The notes: generated by a model from the sequence alone, not told the origin. A DNA stretch of 64,000 nt from Candidatus Campbellbacteria bacterium (GCA_034521025.1 JAXHMZ010000003.1:79726-143725); one strand, 5' to 3'. Positions 9,804-19,988 are shown, numbered from the stretch's first letter. Program-made: numbers and translations.

Positions 9804-11144
9804 TTAGATATTCTTCTTGGCCTTTTTTAGGCGCTCTACTGTCTTCAGTTTACCGAGAACTGAAGCAATAGTAAATGGATCAAGAGACTGCTCTTTACCA
9901 GAAAGAGCTACTCTCATGGGCCAAAGCACCTCTCCTCTTCCCTTTTCTGTAGCATATTCCCATACTGCATTTTTTATAAACTCTGGTTTTTCATAAGAAT
10001 CTAGTGATTCTAATAGATCGATCAATTTATCTAGGTGTGATCTGGTCTGCTCTGAAGGCGTGTCTTTCCAGTTTATTTTTTCTGGGTCTATCTCGGGAGA
10101 GCTCAATAAGTAGTCATACTCCCCTTCTGATGCTAGGCCTATAACATCTTCAAAGACTTCGGTCCTCTCACAAATTGCTTCTCTCAAGCTCTCACTTTCT
10201 TGTATTAATTCATAAAGCCCTTCCGGCAGATCATTTTTTCTTGATTTGAGAAAATTCATTAATTTGGTATCTCTTTCTTCTTTGGAAAGCAATTTTATGT
10301 GCTCTGAATTAAACCAGCGCAACTTTTCAGTTGAAAATATTGCACCGCCTTTTTGTACCCTATTAATATCAAAAAGATCTATCAATTCCTCTGTTTTAAA
10401 CACCTCCTTTTCTCCTCCTGGATTCCACCCCAAAAGAGCTAGGTAGTTCAAAATGGCTTCTGGCAAAAAACCTTGTTTCTGATATTCCGTAATCGAAACT
10501 GTCCCGTAGCGTTTAGACATTTTTGAACGATCTGGGGCTAATATCATCGGAATATGGGCATAAAAAGGACGCTCAACACCCAAAGCTTCAAGAATGAGTA
10601 TTTGCCGCGGAGTATTTGAGATGTGGTCTTCTCCGCGAATAATATGCGTTACGCCCATCTCCTTATCATCAACTACAACCGCCAAATTATACAGGGGCTC
10701 ATTTTCACTTTTGGCTATCACAAAATCACCCAATTCCGTTGTGTCAAAAGAAACTTCTCCCCGTATTATGTCCTCAAATCGAATAGATTTGTTAGGGTTT
10801 TTGAATCGAATGACGCTCTGACGTTCGCCCGAGGGTTCTTCAGACACATAAGCGCATCCGGAATCTATGAGCTTTTTGATGTATTCTTGATATATTTCTG
10901 TGCGTTCTGATTGCTTATATAACTCATCATAATAGATGCCAAGCCATTCAAAGCCGCTCAAAATATCTTCTTCAAATTCTCTCTTAGATCGTTCTGTGTC
11001 CGTGTCCTCAAGACGTAAAATAAATTTGGCACTATTTTTTCTAGCGTAAAGGAAGTTAAATAGCGCGGTGCGCACACTACCTATGTGTAGTGGACCAGTT
11101 GGTGACGGAGCAAACCTAACTACATTTTGTTGTTCTTTGGTCAT
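9804..11144 (-). CDS. gltX: Glutamyl-tRNA synthetase
   Basis: RFAPSPTGPLHIG, RGEDH and KMSKR motifs. Confidence 0.96.
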   Translation of the reverse strand: MTKEQQNVVRFAPSPTGPLHIGSVRTALFNFLYARKNSAKFILRLEDTDTERSKREFEEDILSGFEWLGIYYDELYKQSERTEIYQEYIKKLIDSGCAYVSEEPSGERQSVIRFKNPNKSIRFEDIIRGEVSFDTTELGDFVIAKSENEPLYNLAVVVDDKEMGVTHIIRGEDHISNTPRQILILEALGVERPFYAHIPMILAPDRSKMSKRYGTVSITEYQKQGFLPEAILNYLALLGWNPGGEKEVFKTEELIDLFDINRVQKGGAIFSTEKLRWFNSEHIKLLSKEERDTKLMNFLKSRKNDLPEGLYELIQESESLREAICERTEVFEDVIGLASEGEYDYLLSSPEIDPEKINWKDTPSEQTRSHLDKLIDLLESLDSYEKPEFIKNAVWEYATEKGRGEVLWPMRVALSGKEQSLDPFTIASVLGKLKTVERLKKAKKNI

Positions 11145-11157
11145 AAAAAATATTACT

Positions 11158-12294
11158 TTATTTCTCTTGATGCTTCATTCCAACATCAAATAAGGCGCGA
11201 GCTATTTTATCAGCGGCATTCTTCTTGGCAAATTTTAAAGCTGCTTCTCCCATCTGTTTGCGTATGGAGTCGTTAGAAAATATAGTATTAATTTGGGATA
11301 ACACTATATTTGAAGTTAAGTTATTTTCTTCGATTACAATACCCGCGCCATTATGAGTATAAGCATAAGCGTTAGTTCGCTGATGATCTCCGTTGCTAAC
11401 ACTTATGGGGACAACGATGGACGGTATGCCCCACAGAGCTATTTCGAACAAAGAGGATCCGGCTCTAGTGATCACAAGATCGCTCGCAGCGGCCGCGTGC
11501 CTGAGGCTATTTGCGTCCAAAAATGCTACTGGCTTATAGCGTTCTTTGTGTTCACTGTACTCAAGAATGATCTCTTTGGTACGCTCGATTTCCTCAAAGT
11601 TACTCGGCCCAGTTTGGTGTATTATTTGATATTTTTTAACCATCCTGGGTAATACATTTAAAACTACATCGTTGATACGCTGAGCCCCCTGCGAAGCTCC
11701 CGTGACTAATATGGTCGGAACATCGTTATCTAATTCAAAAAACGACAGACCTTCGTCCTTTGTAGGTAAATCAGTAATATCTTGTCTTACAGGATTGCCG
11801 GTGTAAGCAATTTTTTCTTCTGGGAAAAACTCTGCGGCCTGCTCATAAGAAACCGCCACTTTCTCGGCAAACTTTCCCGCCCACTTGTTAGCCCGTCCGG
11901 GACGAGAATCAGACTCGTGTACAATCACCGGAATTCCAAAGAAGCGAGCGGCAACCAGCACGGGGAAACTAGTATAGCTTCCCTTCGAAAAAACTACGTC
12001 TGGAAATACCCTATACATACGCCAGATAGCTTGTAGTATTCCCCACCCCATTACAAACATATCAAGAAAATTTCGTATCCTGCCATATCCTACCCTTCTT
12101 TTTCCTGCTACCACCTTACGAAATGAAATATCATTATCAAATAATAATTCTTCGTCATACTTCGCAGGGCCAAAATAATACATTTTTGGTTTAATGTATT
12201 TTTCCTCGTAGGCCAATTTGGTTAGGGATTCAGCTACGGCAATTATTGGAAAGAAATGACCTCCCGATCCGCCTCCTGTAAAAACTATTTTCAT
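11158..12294 (-). CDS. murG: MurG glycosyltransferase
   Basis: GGGSGGHFFP, HESD, TGNPVR, GASQGA and HQ..NA motifs. Confidence 0.95.
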   Translation of the reverse strand: MKIVFTGGGSGGHFFPIIAVAESLTKLAYEEKYIKPKMYYFGPAKYDEELLFDNDISFRKVVAGKRRVGYGRIRNFLDMFVMGWGILQAIWRMYRVFPDVVFSKGSYTSFPVLVAARFFGIPVIVHESDSRPGRANKWAGKFAEKVAVSYEQAAEFFPEEKIAYTGNPVRQDITDLPTKDEGLSFFELDNDVPTILVTGASQGAQRINDVVLNVLPRMVKKYQIIHQTGPSNFEEIERTKEIILEYSEHKERYKPVAFLDANSLRHAAAASDLVITRAGSSLFEIALWGIPSIVVPISVSNGDHQRTNAYAYTHNGAGIVIEENNLTSNIVLSQINTIFSNDSIRKQMGEAALKFAKKNAADKIARALFDVGMKHQEK

Positions 12295-13406
12295 GAATTT
12301 TGTTTAGAGTATTTTGACACGTTTAAAATTATTCCAACGCTGCCTAAGGCTGTTAACATAGCCGTGCCACCGTGGCTAATGAACACAAGCGGCATACCCG
12401 TAAGCGGTGCCAAACCTATCATAGCTGCGATATTAATAAATGATTGAGACGATATAAGTATAACAAGTCCAAGAACTAACAGTCTAGCGAATAAATCCGG
12501 GGCTCTTATAGCTATAATAAGACCACGATAAGTAAAAAGCGTAACAAGGGCTATGATAATTACTCCCCCTATAAAGCCAAACTCCTCAGCGGCAACGGCA
12601 AAAACGGAGTCGCTTATGGGCTCTGGTAAAAAACTGAATTTTTGAATACTCTGTCCGTAGCCACGCCCAAAAACGCCACCTGACCCAACCGCGATCAGCG
12701 ATTGCTGTATCTGATAGCTTTCATCCATAGTGTTTTCAGAAGGATTTAGGAATGTGTCGATCCTCTCGCGCGCATATGGAAACAGAAAAAGCATAGCGAT
12801 CAGAACAGGTAATAAAATCGTTAAAAGCAGCGCTATATGTTTCGCCCTTGCTCCTGAAGTTATGAACATAGCGAACATAGTTATAGCTATAACTACAAGC
12901 GTTCCGATCTTTGGCTGCAGAATCAAAAGTAACCCAGATATACCAAAGATAATCAAGAGCGGTATAACCGCGTATTTAAAGTTAGCTATATTTTTTTTAT
13001 GTTTTGCGATCAATGCCGCATATAGAATTACGACCGCAATTTTGTACAAATCCGCGGGTTGAAACGACAAGGGACCCAGATATATCCACCTGCTCGACCC
13101 ACCGTGAAGAAAACCTACGTTCGGCAAAAGCACCACTGCCATCAGTATTGTCGAAATTACAAAAATTGGCATTGCCATTCTACGCCAAAATGTATAAGGA
13201 ATGTTTGAAGCAATAATTAAAAAAATAAAACCAGACAACACTCCAATGATCTGTGTTTGCATCACGGAAGAAAAAGTTGCACCGTCGCGCGCGTAGAGAC
13301 CCAGCGCAGCAGACATAAATACAAAAAACCCGAATAGTACTGTCGTTACTACTATAGCCAAAAACCACCTATCAGCTCTTTTTTTGGGTTTCAATGCTTT
13401 ACTCAT
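12291..13406 (-). CDS. ftsW: FtsW/RodA SEDS peptidoglycan polymerase
   Basis: RWI.LG..SFQP, YQI.QS..A.GSGG..G.G, LPEPISD and AEEFG; lies between mraY and murG. Confidence 0.92.
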   Translation of the reverse strand: MSKALKPKKRADRWFLAIVVTTVLFGFFVFMSAALGLYARDGATFSSVMQTQIIGVLSGFIFLIIASNIPYTFWRRMAMPIFVISTILMAVVLLPNVGFLHGGSSRWIYLGPLSFQPADLYKIAVVILYAALIAKHKKNIANFKYAVIPLLIIFGISGLLLILQPKIGTLVVIAITMFAMFITSGARAKHIALLLTILLPVLIAMLFLFPYARERIDTFLNPSENTMDESYQIQQSLIAVGSGGVFGRGYGQSIQKFSFLPEPISDSVFAVAAEEFGFIGGVIIIALVTLFTYRGLIIAIRAPDLFARLLVLGLVILISSQSFINIAAMIGLAPLTGMPLVFISHGGTAMLTALGSVGIILNVSKYSKQNS

Positions 13407-14473
13407 AAGCCGCCCACCAAAGCAATAACAGTTCCAAAAATAGAGCTAAGAATGGTTATGATCCAAAAGCGCATTGTCACCTTATAGCTCGGCCAACCAA
13501 TCGCTTCAAAATGGTGGTGTATGGGCGCGACGAGAAATATCTTTTTACCTCCTCTCAATTTCTTTGAGACTAACTGTAAAATGACAGAACCGGAAGCTAA
13601 AAATAACGGCAGAGCAATAATGGGCAGAACCAACACTTGATCGGTTAGAAACGCAACTACGGTCAGACATGTCGTGAGACCGATTATTCCAGTTTCTGTC
13701 ATATAAAAACGTGCGGGGGGTATATTAAACCACAAGAAAGCTAAAGTACCCCCGGAAACGACTGCACTAAAAGCTGCTAGGTCGATTTGATTCTGAAAGA
13801 ATGCAATAACTGCATAGGAAAAAAATACCGTGGCTATAATTCCCCCGGCCAATCCATCGATACCATCAATAACTCCACCAGAAAACAAGGCGACCATCAC
13901 TAGTGAGAAAAACGGTATAAACAAAAGCCCCAGACCAAGATCTCCCAAGAATGGTATCGCTATGGACGATACATCGAGTTTAAAAAAGAACCACGAACCG
14001 ATAAGAAGTCCCATCAGAGCGATTAGAGGTATACGTACTCGCAACAGAGACAGACCGCCACCCACATAACCACCAGACGCGGAAACAGTAAGAAGGTCAT
14101 CTAAAAGCCCCAGTAAGGATCCCAAAATAAGAGTCACAAACGGTATCCAGGTTTGATTACGTGACAAAAAATTAAGTTTTTCTGCCAATGTGTCCGGAAA
14201 GATAGCTCCCAAGGTCGCGAAAATAAAAACAGTAACCAATACTGACAACCAAATTATTATGCCTCCCATGCGAGGAGTACCGGTGTCCTTTGTTTTGTGG
14301 AGCTTGTTGAATATAGGCGTATCCCCTCCTGTTATAGAGCCGGTATTACCGGATTTTTTCTTCCACATTTTATTGGCATACAAAAAATCAGAAATGAATG
14401 GCGCCAATATCATACCGATCGAGAAAGCCGCCACCGTGGGAATAAATACTTTTATTACATCAAGAACGATCAT
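13403..14473 (-). CDS. mraY: Phospho-MurNAc-pentapeptide transferase
   Basis: GTPRMGG, LLDD, DGIDGL, WFN..PA and APIHHHFE motifs. Confidence 0.95.
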   Translation of the reverse strand: MIVLDVIKVFIPTVAAFSIGMILAPFISDFLYANKMWKKKSGNTGSITGGDTPIFNKLHKTKDTGTPRMGGIIIWLSVLVTVFIFATLGAIFPDTLAEKLNFLSRNQTWIPFVTLILGSLLGLLDDLLTVSASGGYVGGGLSLLRVRIPLIALMGLLIGSWFFFKLDVSSIAIPFLGDLGLGLLFIPFFSLVMVALFSGGVIDGIDGLAGGIIATVFFSYAVIAFFQNQIDLAAFSAVVSGGTLAFLWFNIPPARFYMTETGIIGLTTCLTVVAFLTDQVLVLPIIALPLFLASGSVILQLVSKKLRGGKKIFLVAPIHHHFEAIGWPSYKVTMRFWIITILSSIFGTVIALVGGL

Positions 14474-15513
14474 ATGTTTTTATAATATTCTTTAGTCGTC
14501 TGTAATAATTTTTCCACATCACTAAATCGACCTTCATACGTAGAACCGAGTACTACTATCACTACCGGCCTCATAAATCCAGCATCTACAGCCACAGCCA
14601 GGTTACCTCCTGCTTGTTTTGTGTATCCGGTCTTAGAGGCAAGCAATCCCGTAAGAGAGCTAACTGCATCATTAGTATTAGCGACCTCGAGGGTTCTTCC
14701 GCTCTGAGAAGAAACGGAGAGATCAGTATATCGGGTACTAAACATCGTATCCGATGATTCCAAAACCATATGTGAAAATAATTTAGATATATCTTTAGGA
14801 GAAGCCAAGGCGCCGGCTTTAGTTTCGTTATTGAGATCAAGGCCTGTAACATTGTAAAATTCGGCATTTTCCAAGCCAAGCTCTTCCGCTTTTTCGTTTA
14901 CTTTATCAATAAAAATATCTAACGACTCCTTTTCCAAATCCTCGCTAACTTTTACATATTCTCCGGCTGTTTTTGCTATAGCAAAGGCGGCATCATTTGA
15001 GGAACTAACAAGGGCTACATCAGAGATTTCTCTGAAGCTCCACTTTTCACCTAAGCGTAAGTTACTGTCACCTTCAACATCTAATGCGTCTCTGCCGATC
15101 ATCACTACATCATCCTCTGACAAAATGTCTTGGGCAGTGGCAATGGTCATTACTTTTGTGATAGAAGCAATAGGCATTGGAGTCTCTGGATTTTTTTCAA
15201 ACAATACTTCTTCATTATTAAGGTCGTAGACATATATACCTTCTGCCTCTAACTCCAAGTCAGAAAAAACCTCTTCCCTTTCTCGCTCTTCTCGATTTGC
15301 CAAGATCTGAGATTGCATCTTTTGTTCATTTTCTTCGACTAAGTCTTTGTCATTTTCTATAACCGCCGCCTTCTGCTTTTGCATATTATTAACAAAAACC
15401 GAAGAGACTAACACCACGAAAGCAACTACAGTTAGCGTCGCAAACACCGTCATCGTTCGATGGCGATATAATAATTTTTTATAATTATCGAGAAATTTTT
15501 TCATATTAAACAA
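14470..15513 (-). CDS. D-Ala-D-Ala carboxypeptidase (S11)
   Basis: SxxK (ASITK), SxN (SSND) and KTG motifs. Confidence 0.9.
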   Translation of the reverse strand: MFNMKKFLDNYKKLLYRHRTMTVFATLTVVAFVVLVSSVFVNNMQKQKAAVIENDKDLVEENEQKMQSQILANREEREREEVFSDLELEAEGIYVYDLNNEEVLFEKNPETPMPIASITKVMTIATAQDILSEDDVVMIGRDALDVEGDSNLRLGEKWSFREISDVALVSSSNDAAFAIAKTAGEYVKVSEDLEKESLDIFIDKVNEKAEELGLENAEFYNVTGLDLNNETKAGALASPKDISKLFSHMVLESSDTMFSTRYTDLSVSSQSGRTLEVANTNDAVSSLTGLLASKTGYTKQAGGNLAVAVDAGFMRPVVIVVLGSTYEGRFSDVEKLLQTTKEYYKNI

Positions 15514-15524
15514 GACAACACCAC

Positions 15525-16055
15525 CTATGAATCTTCTTCATTTTCATTTAAAAAGTTAATTAGAGCTTGACGGTGATTTTTATAGTCCGGCAACGATTCT
15601 TCTGACTCCAGCCCCATAAATTGTAACAGTTTTACAGTAGGATTATACACTACTTTTTCACCTTCTCGTGATTCCCTGATCAAATCTCGAGCCCGTAAAG
15701 TGCGTAATATCTTGCGTGAGTCCACTCCTCGCAACAAATCAATGTTTTTCTTTTCGATTGGCGCCATATATAAGATAACAGAGATAGTATCCATAGCAGC
15801 TTGAGAAAGTGGCGTTGTAAGTTCCTTTTTTTGTAATGCTTCAACTATGGGCGAGATCTCCTTGATCGCAACTAAAGTGACCCGGTCTTTTTCTCGAAGC
15901 AGTTTGATACCTCTATTTTTAAGAGAAAGCTCTAGGTCTGCCAGTGCCTCCTCAACCTCATCTTGGTCTCTTGAAATTAATCGAGAAAGCTCTCCTATTG
16001 TATAGGTTTCTCCTGTTGCAAAAAGTAGTGCTTCTATTATCTCTTCAAGTCTCAT
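15525..16055 (-). CDS. scpB: SMC-Scp complex subunit ScpB
   Basis: IEALLF..GE, LSQAAMDT and RGVDS; adjacent to scpA. Confidence 0.88.
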   Translation of the reverse strand: MRLEEIIEALLFATGETYTIGELSRLISRDQDEVEEALADLELSLKNRGIKLLREKDRVTLVAIKEISPIVEALQKKELTTPLSQAAMDTISVILYMAPIEKKNIDLLRGVDSRKILRTLRARDLIRESREGEKVVYNPTVKLLQFMGLESEESLPDYKNHRQALINFLNENEEDS

Positions 16056-16066
16056 AGTTATTTAGC

Positions 16067-16798
16067 TCACGAATAGTTCGGCACTCTTACTTCTTGGTGC
16101 TTTAGTTTAATATCTCCATTCGAAGAAGTTTGCTCCGCCTCGAGGAAACCTTGTTTAACCAATTCCAGAAGAGCTACAAAGTGTACGACCACATCTCTCC
16201 TTGAAGATCTGCCGATACTCGCAAATTCTCTAAAGCTGAGTGCTATATGCTTTTTGATTCTACTAGAAAGACTTTCTAAAACATCTTCTAGGCGCACTGT
16301 CTGCTCCATAGTAACCCTTTCGGGAAGGTTTTTTTGAGGCAAGTGATCTCGTACATTCTTTATCGCTTCCTCCAGAGTTCTCGGCGCAATATTGTCATCC
16401 GGTATAAAATGTTTTTGGCTACTCTGTGGCACTCGACGTCTTAAAAAAACATTTTTTCCGTAAATACCCGCAAGTTGGTTGGACTTTATTCTTATTTTTT
16501 CAAAAGCTTCTAATCGTCGGGTTAGACTTTCTGTGGACTCTTCTTCCTCGGGGGTAAGTTCAAAGTTAGGCAGAAGAGATTTTGATTTTATCAGAAGTAG
16601 CGTAGTTGCAACGGAAATAAAGTCTGCGTCTTCTTTCAACGACCGTTCCTGTTCTCTGATAACGCTAAGAAATTCCTCGGTAATGTCTGCAAGGGCTATG
16701 TCGCTAATGAACACCTTTCTTTTCTGTACCAACTCCAACAAAAGCGGCAAAGGACCCTCGAATGCACCAGTTGAAATAACAAAAGCATTATCACTCAT
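16067..16798 (-). CDS. scpA: Segregation/condensation protein ScpA
   Basis: FEGPL.LLLELV, LLLIKSKSLLP and FVALLELVK; start MSDNA, 6 nt after TATAGT. Confidence 0.9.
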   Translation of the reverse strand: MSDNAFVISTGAFEGPLPLLLELVQKRKVFISDIALADITEEFLSVIREQERSLKEDADFISVATTLLLIKSKSLLPNFELTPEEEESTESLTRRLEAFEKIRIKSNQLAGIYGKNVFLRRRVPQSSQKHFIPDDNIAPRTLEEAIKNVRDHLPQKNLPERVTMEQTVRLEDVLESLSSRIKKHIALSFREFASIGRSSRRDVVVHFVALLELVKQGFLEAEQTSSNGDIKLKHQEVRVPNYS

Positions 16799-16843
16799 AC
16801 ATACACTATAGCTTTTTTTGCCTTTTCTTTCCATCCTGCAAAC

Positions 16844-16880
16844 AAAAAGCCGTCTCTTGCAAAAAAGCAAGAAACGGCTT
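16844..16880 (-). terminator. Intrinsic terminator of cassette 3
   Basis: aagccgtttcttgc-tttttt-gcaagagacggc-ttttt. Confidence 0.75.
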
Positions 16881-16884
16881 GGCT

Positions 16885-17130
16885 CTAGTAAAACTGGTCG
16901 GGGCGCATTTGCCTGAAGCAGGATTCACAGAAAATCTCCTCTTCTTTGCCAACTCCTTTCGTAGAATAGAGAAATTCTCCGACGTTTGAGCAACCCCTCG
17001 TAGCGCAGACAGTCTCTGAGTTACTTGGTTCTCTTTGTATCTCCTTATCACTGCCTTTACCCACTTCACTAAGCAATCGACGGAACCGTCTGTAGTCATT
17101 CAAAGGAAACCTCTCGTGGTATCTCGGCAT
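16885..17130 (-). CDS. 81-aa ORFan with CxxxxC...CxxC (cassette 3, gene 2)
   Basis: GGAGG-ataa-ATG; ends just before the terminator. Confidence 0.65.
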   Translation of the reverse strand: MPRYHERFPLNDYRRFRRLLSEVGKGSDKEIQREPSNSETVCATRGCSNVGEFLYSTKGVGKEEEIFCESCFRQMRPDQFY

Positions 17131-17150
17131 TTATCCTCCGTTAAGGTTAC

Positions 17151-17420
17151 TCAGAACTCAGCGTGTAAGCTCTCATCGGTAAACAAGCCTGATTTTACTG
17201 CGCACTCAATGCAGAAAAAGTGTGCAACGTTAGCTTCTCTGATGAATAGTACGAACTGGCATGCACGGGCGGGCTTATCGTATGGAGAGTCACTTCTTTT
17301 TCCACAGTGAACGCACGGACGGTATTTTACTCCGTCAACTACAACGACCTCATCAAAGTGTCCAGTTCTTTCATTGAAAACCCAGTCGTCACCTTCGTTT
17401 TCTCCGTGGGGTTTAACCAT
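17151..17420 (-). CDS. 89-aa ORFan with two CxxC motifs (cassette 3, gene 1)
   Basis: GAGGTGATC-aga-ATG; CVHC and CIEC. Confidence 0.7.
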   Translation of the reverse strand: MVKPHGENEGDDWVFNERTGHFDEVVVVDGVKYRPCVHCGKRSDSPYDKPARACQFVLFIREANVAHFFCIECAVKSGLFTDESLHAEF

Positions 17421-17463
17421 TCTGATCACCTCTTCTTTTTCTGGAACGAACTTCCTACTTGTG

Positions 17464-17492
17464 ATTATACTTATATTTTAGATATTAGTCAA
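17464..17492 (-). promoter_or_regulatory. Sigma70-type promoter of cassette 3
   Basis: TTGACT-17-TATAAT, overlapping the aspS stop codon. Confidence 0.75.
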
Positions 17493-18940
17493 TGGAAAGA
17501 TTTTGCTTCAGTATCTTTCCTTTTTATAGAGATTCCGAGCTCCTTTAGTTGTTTTTCAGAAATTTCAGACGGCCCCTGCATCACGGAAGTATGCCCGCCT
17601 CTTGTCATAGGAAAGGCCTGAACTTCGCGTAGCGCATCTTCTCCTGAAAGGTTCATTATATTGCGCTCAATCCCTAAGGCGATACCTCCATGGGGCGGAG
17701 TACCGAACTCAAACGCCTCCAGCATATGCCCCACACTTTTTTCTATATAATCGTCATCCATTCCCATCGCTTTGTATGTAGCTCTCAGAACTTCAGGTTT
17801 GTGTGCACGAATACTTCCTCCGCCGGATTCAAAACCATTGCAGACCAAGTCATACTGCGTGGTTAGTATCTCCCCTATTTCATCAATGTCGCGAGGATTT
17901 TCACCGTTATCTACTCGCTCTGCGATCTTTAGCAAAGTTTCAACATGCTCTTCTTTTGGCTGAGAGAAAGGGTTGTGGCTAAAAGTCCAATCGCCATTAT
18001 CTGTTTTTTCGAAGAAAGGAAAATCTACCACCCAAGCATACGAAAGTATGCCTTTCTCTTTTTCTTCTTCTGTGCGCAGATCAAATTTGTCGTCACCAAA
18101 CCTATCGAGAGCTTCTTTGTAGCTTATGCGTGGGAATGGCTTTTCTTTTATAGAATATCCCATACTTTCAACTGTCTTTGTCATCATCTCTTCGACCAGT
18201 TCAATTACCTGATCTCTCGCCACGAATGACAATTCAATGTCAATTTGGGAATGTTCAAAGCCGCGATCAGCGCGAAGATCTTCGTCACGGATAGCGCGCG
18301 CTATTTGAAAGTATTTTTCAAACCCAGCGGTCATAAGTAGTTGTTTGTACTGTTGCGGTGACTGCGGCAAAGCGTAAAATTTACCTAAATGCAACCTCGA
18401 CGGCACCACAAAGTCTCTCGATCCCTCCGGTGTAGACTCGGTTAAAATTGGAGTTTCTATTTCGGTAAATTTTTGGCCAAATAGATATTCGCGACATTTT
18501 TGTACAAACTGACTGCGCAACCTTATATTCCTTTGCATCCTCTCGGATCGCAGATCCAAATAACGGTATTTCAAGCGTAAATTTTCGTCGATGTCCGACG
18601 TGTCTTCTGTTACATCAAAAGGAAGTTCTTTGGCTTTGCTTATTACTTCTATGTCTAGTAATTCAAGCTCTATTGAGCCGTTTAGGTCCTCCGTTCGCAT
18701 TTTTTCTGGACGCTCTTTAACTTTACCGCGAACCTCTACTGTCCACTGGTGTTTGACCTCCTTAGACTTTTCCACAGCCTCAGGATTTCCCGAATGAGCA
18801 ACCGCCTGCACAGTTCCGGTTGCGTCCTTAAAATCAAAAAATACGATCTTTCCTTGGTCGCGCTTCACCCAAACAAAGCCGTTAATAAAAACCTCCTCTC
18901 CCACATAGTCTTTTAGGTCTTCTATATATTTTCTTTCCAT
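17489..18940 (-). CDS. aspS: Aspartyl-tRNA synthetase (short form lacking GAD insert, probably non-discriminating)
   Basis: RLKYRYLDLR, LPQSPQQYKQ, RDEDLRADR and GTPPHGG..GIER motifs; gatB in the window. Confidence 0.95.
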   Translation of the reverse strand: MERKYIEDLKDYVGEEVFINGFVWVKRDQGKIVFFDFKDATGTVQAVAHSGNPEAVEKSKEVKHQWTVEVRGKVKERPEKMRTEDLNGSIELELLDIEVISKAKELPFDVTEDTSDIDENLRLKYRYLDLRSERMQRNIRLRSQFVQKCREYLFGQKFTEIETPILTESTPEGSRDFVVPSRLHLGKFYALPQSPQQYKQLLMTAGFEKYFQIARAIRDEDLRADRGFEHSQIDIELSFVARDQVIELVEEMMTKTVESMGYSIKEKPFPRISYKEALDRFGDDKFDLRTEEEKEKGILSYAWVVDFPFFEKTDNGDWTFSHNPFSQPKEEHVETLLKIAERVDNGENPRDIDEIGEILTTQYDLVCNGFESGGGSIRAHKPEVLRATYKAMGMDDDYIEKSVGHMLEAFEFGTPPHGGIALGIERNIMNLSGEDALREVQAFPMTRGGHTSVMQGPSEISEKQLKELGISIKRKDTEAKSFH

Positions 18941-18964
18941 AGATATTTAATGTTGAATTTTAAA

Positions 18965-19155
18965 GCAAAAATCCGCCCCTTGATACAAACCGATGCTTTC
19001 GTTTTATATCCAAGGGCGGATTTTCCGCGGTACCACCTTGACTTCTCGCTCATTACAGCTGTTTCGGGCTTACCCGGAAGGATCTACTCTCACGCTTGCT
19101 AGTGATTTCTACCTTCAAGCTCGGTTAGAGTCAGCTAACCTCAAACGCTTATGCT
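18965..19155 (-). promoter_or_regulatory. T-box riboswitch leader of aspS
   Basis: T-box AAGGTGGTACCGCG (19026-19039) followed by terminator aatccgcccttggata...tatcaaggggcggattttt; promoter TTGCGT-17-TAAGCT just upstream. Confidence 0.85.
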
Positions 19156-19190
19156 CTCTTTAGCTTATGAGATTTTTGCGAAATACGCAA

Positions 19191-19751
19191 CTACCCGCGA
19201 AGTACTTGCTGCGCAAATGACTTGACCGTCGCTCTAGAATCAGCGGCCTCGAACTCTTCAAGGATCTCTTCTGAGACGTTGATCCCTTCGAGAGCCCCGC
19301 GGGTGTTTTCACGAAGGTTTATATGACCCGGATTTATTTCAAGCGCTTCGAAGTACAGCTCGAGAGCTTTCTTGTACACCTCCTCATCGTCGGTTTCTCG
19401 CGCTCTTTTGTGGAGTGCAAGAGCGTAGTTGTATATAAGGGAAAAGTGCGTATTGTTTAGCTCGTACGCTTTCTCATAATAATCTATCGCCTCACTCACC
19501 CTGTCTCGTCCGACCAAAAGAAGAGCAAGATTAAAGAGCGCCTGAAAATTGTTCTCATCGAGAGCTATACACTCCCTGAGCGCCTCCTCCGCTTCTGCTT
19601 CATCTCCATGATTGATGTAATACATTCCAAGCAACAGCTTTCCAAGCGGCGAATCGTTCTCCGTAAGCGCAGGAATGTGTTCTTCAAATGTGTTTGTATC
19701 TGCGTGCGCGAACGCTTCAAAAGCACGCAACACTATATCGTTTGTTTCCAT
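19191..19751 (-). CDS. TPR-repeat protein
   Basis: Repeats such as ALFNLALLL...EAIDYYEKA.EL and YNYALAL...EALEINP. Confidence 0.8.
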   Translation of the reverse strand: METNDIVLRAFEAFAHADTNTFEEHIPALTENDSPLGKLLLGMYYINHGDEAEAEEALRECIALDENNFQALFNLALLLVGRDRVSEAIDYYEKAYELNNTHFSLIYNYALALHKRARETDDEEVYKKALELYFEALEINPGHINLRENTRGALEGINVSEEILEEFEAADSRATVKSFAQQVLRG

Positions 19752-19811
19752 GTTTCTCTAGCGTTATTATATACTCGAAATATATAATGATTTTATAATT
19801 TGTCAATGACC

Positions 19812-19846
19812 AAAATCAGTCAACCTGCCAGGTTGACTGATTTTTG
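19812..19846. terminator. Hairpin, probable terminator
   Basis: aaaatcagtcaacctg-c-caggttgactgatttt near-perfect inverted repeat. Confidence 0.55.
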
Positions 19847-19885
19847 TGCTACCCCGGTTAATACTTCCAACCCGGTTTTGAATAT

Positions 19886-19914
19886 AAATCACCCCGAACC
19901 AAAGGTCCGGGGTG
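19886..19914 (-). terminator. Intrinsic terminator of cassette 4
   Basis: caccccggacc-ttt-ggttcggggtg-attt. Confidence 0.65.
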
Positions 19915-19988
19915 TATGAAGAAAGGTCAACGTGCGACCACGACAATCGTCCTCCAGAAGGTGACAAACTCACTCTTCCACGTCAACT

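Noticed and set aside
15510-15530. AGGTGGTG upstream of the carboxypeptidase as a native SD
   Set aside because: An isolated case overlapping the scpB stop and far from the likelier ATG; noted as a possible counter-example to the SD dichotomy.
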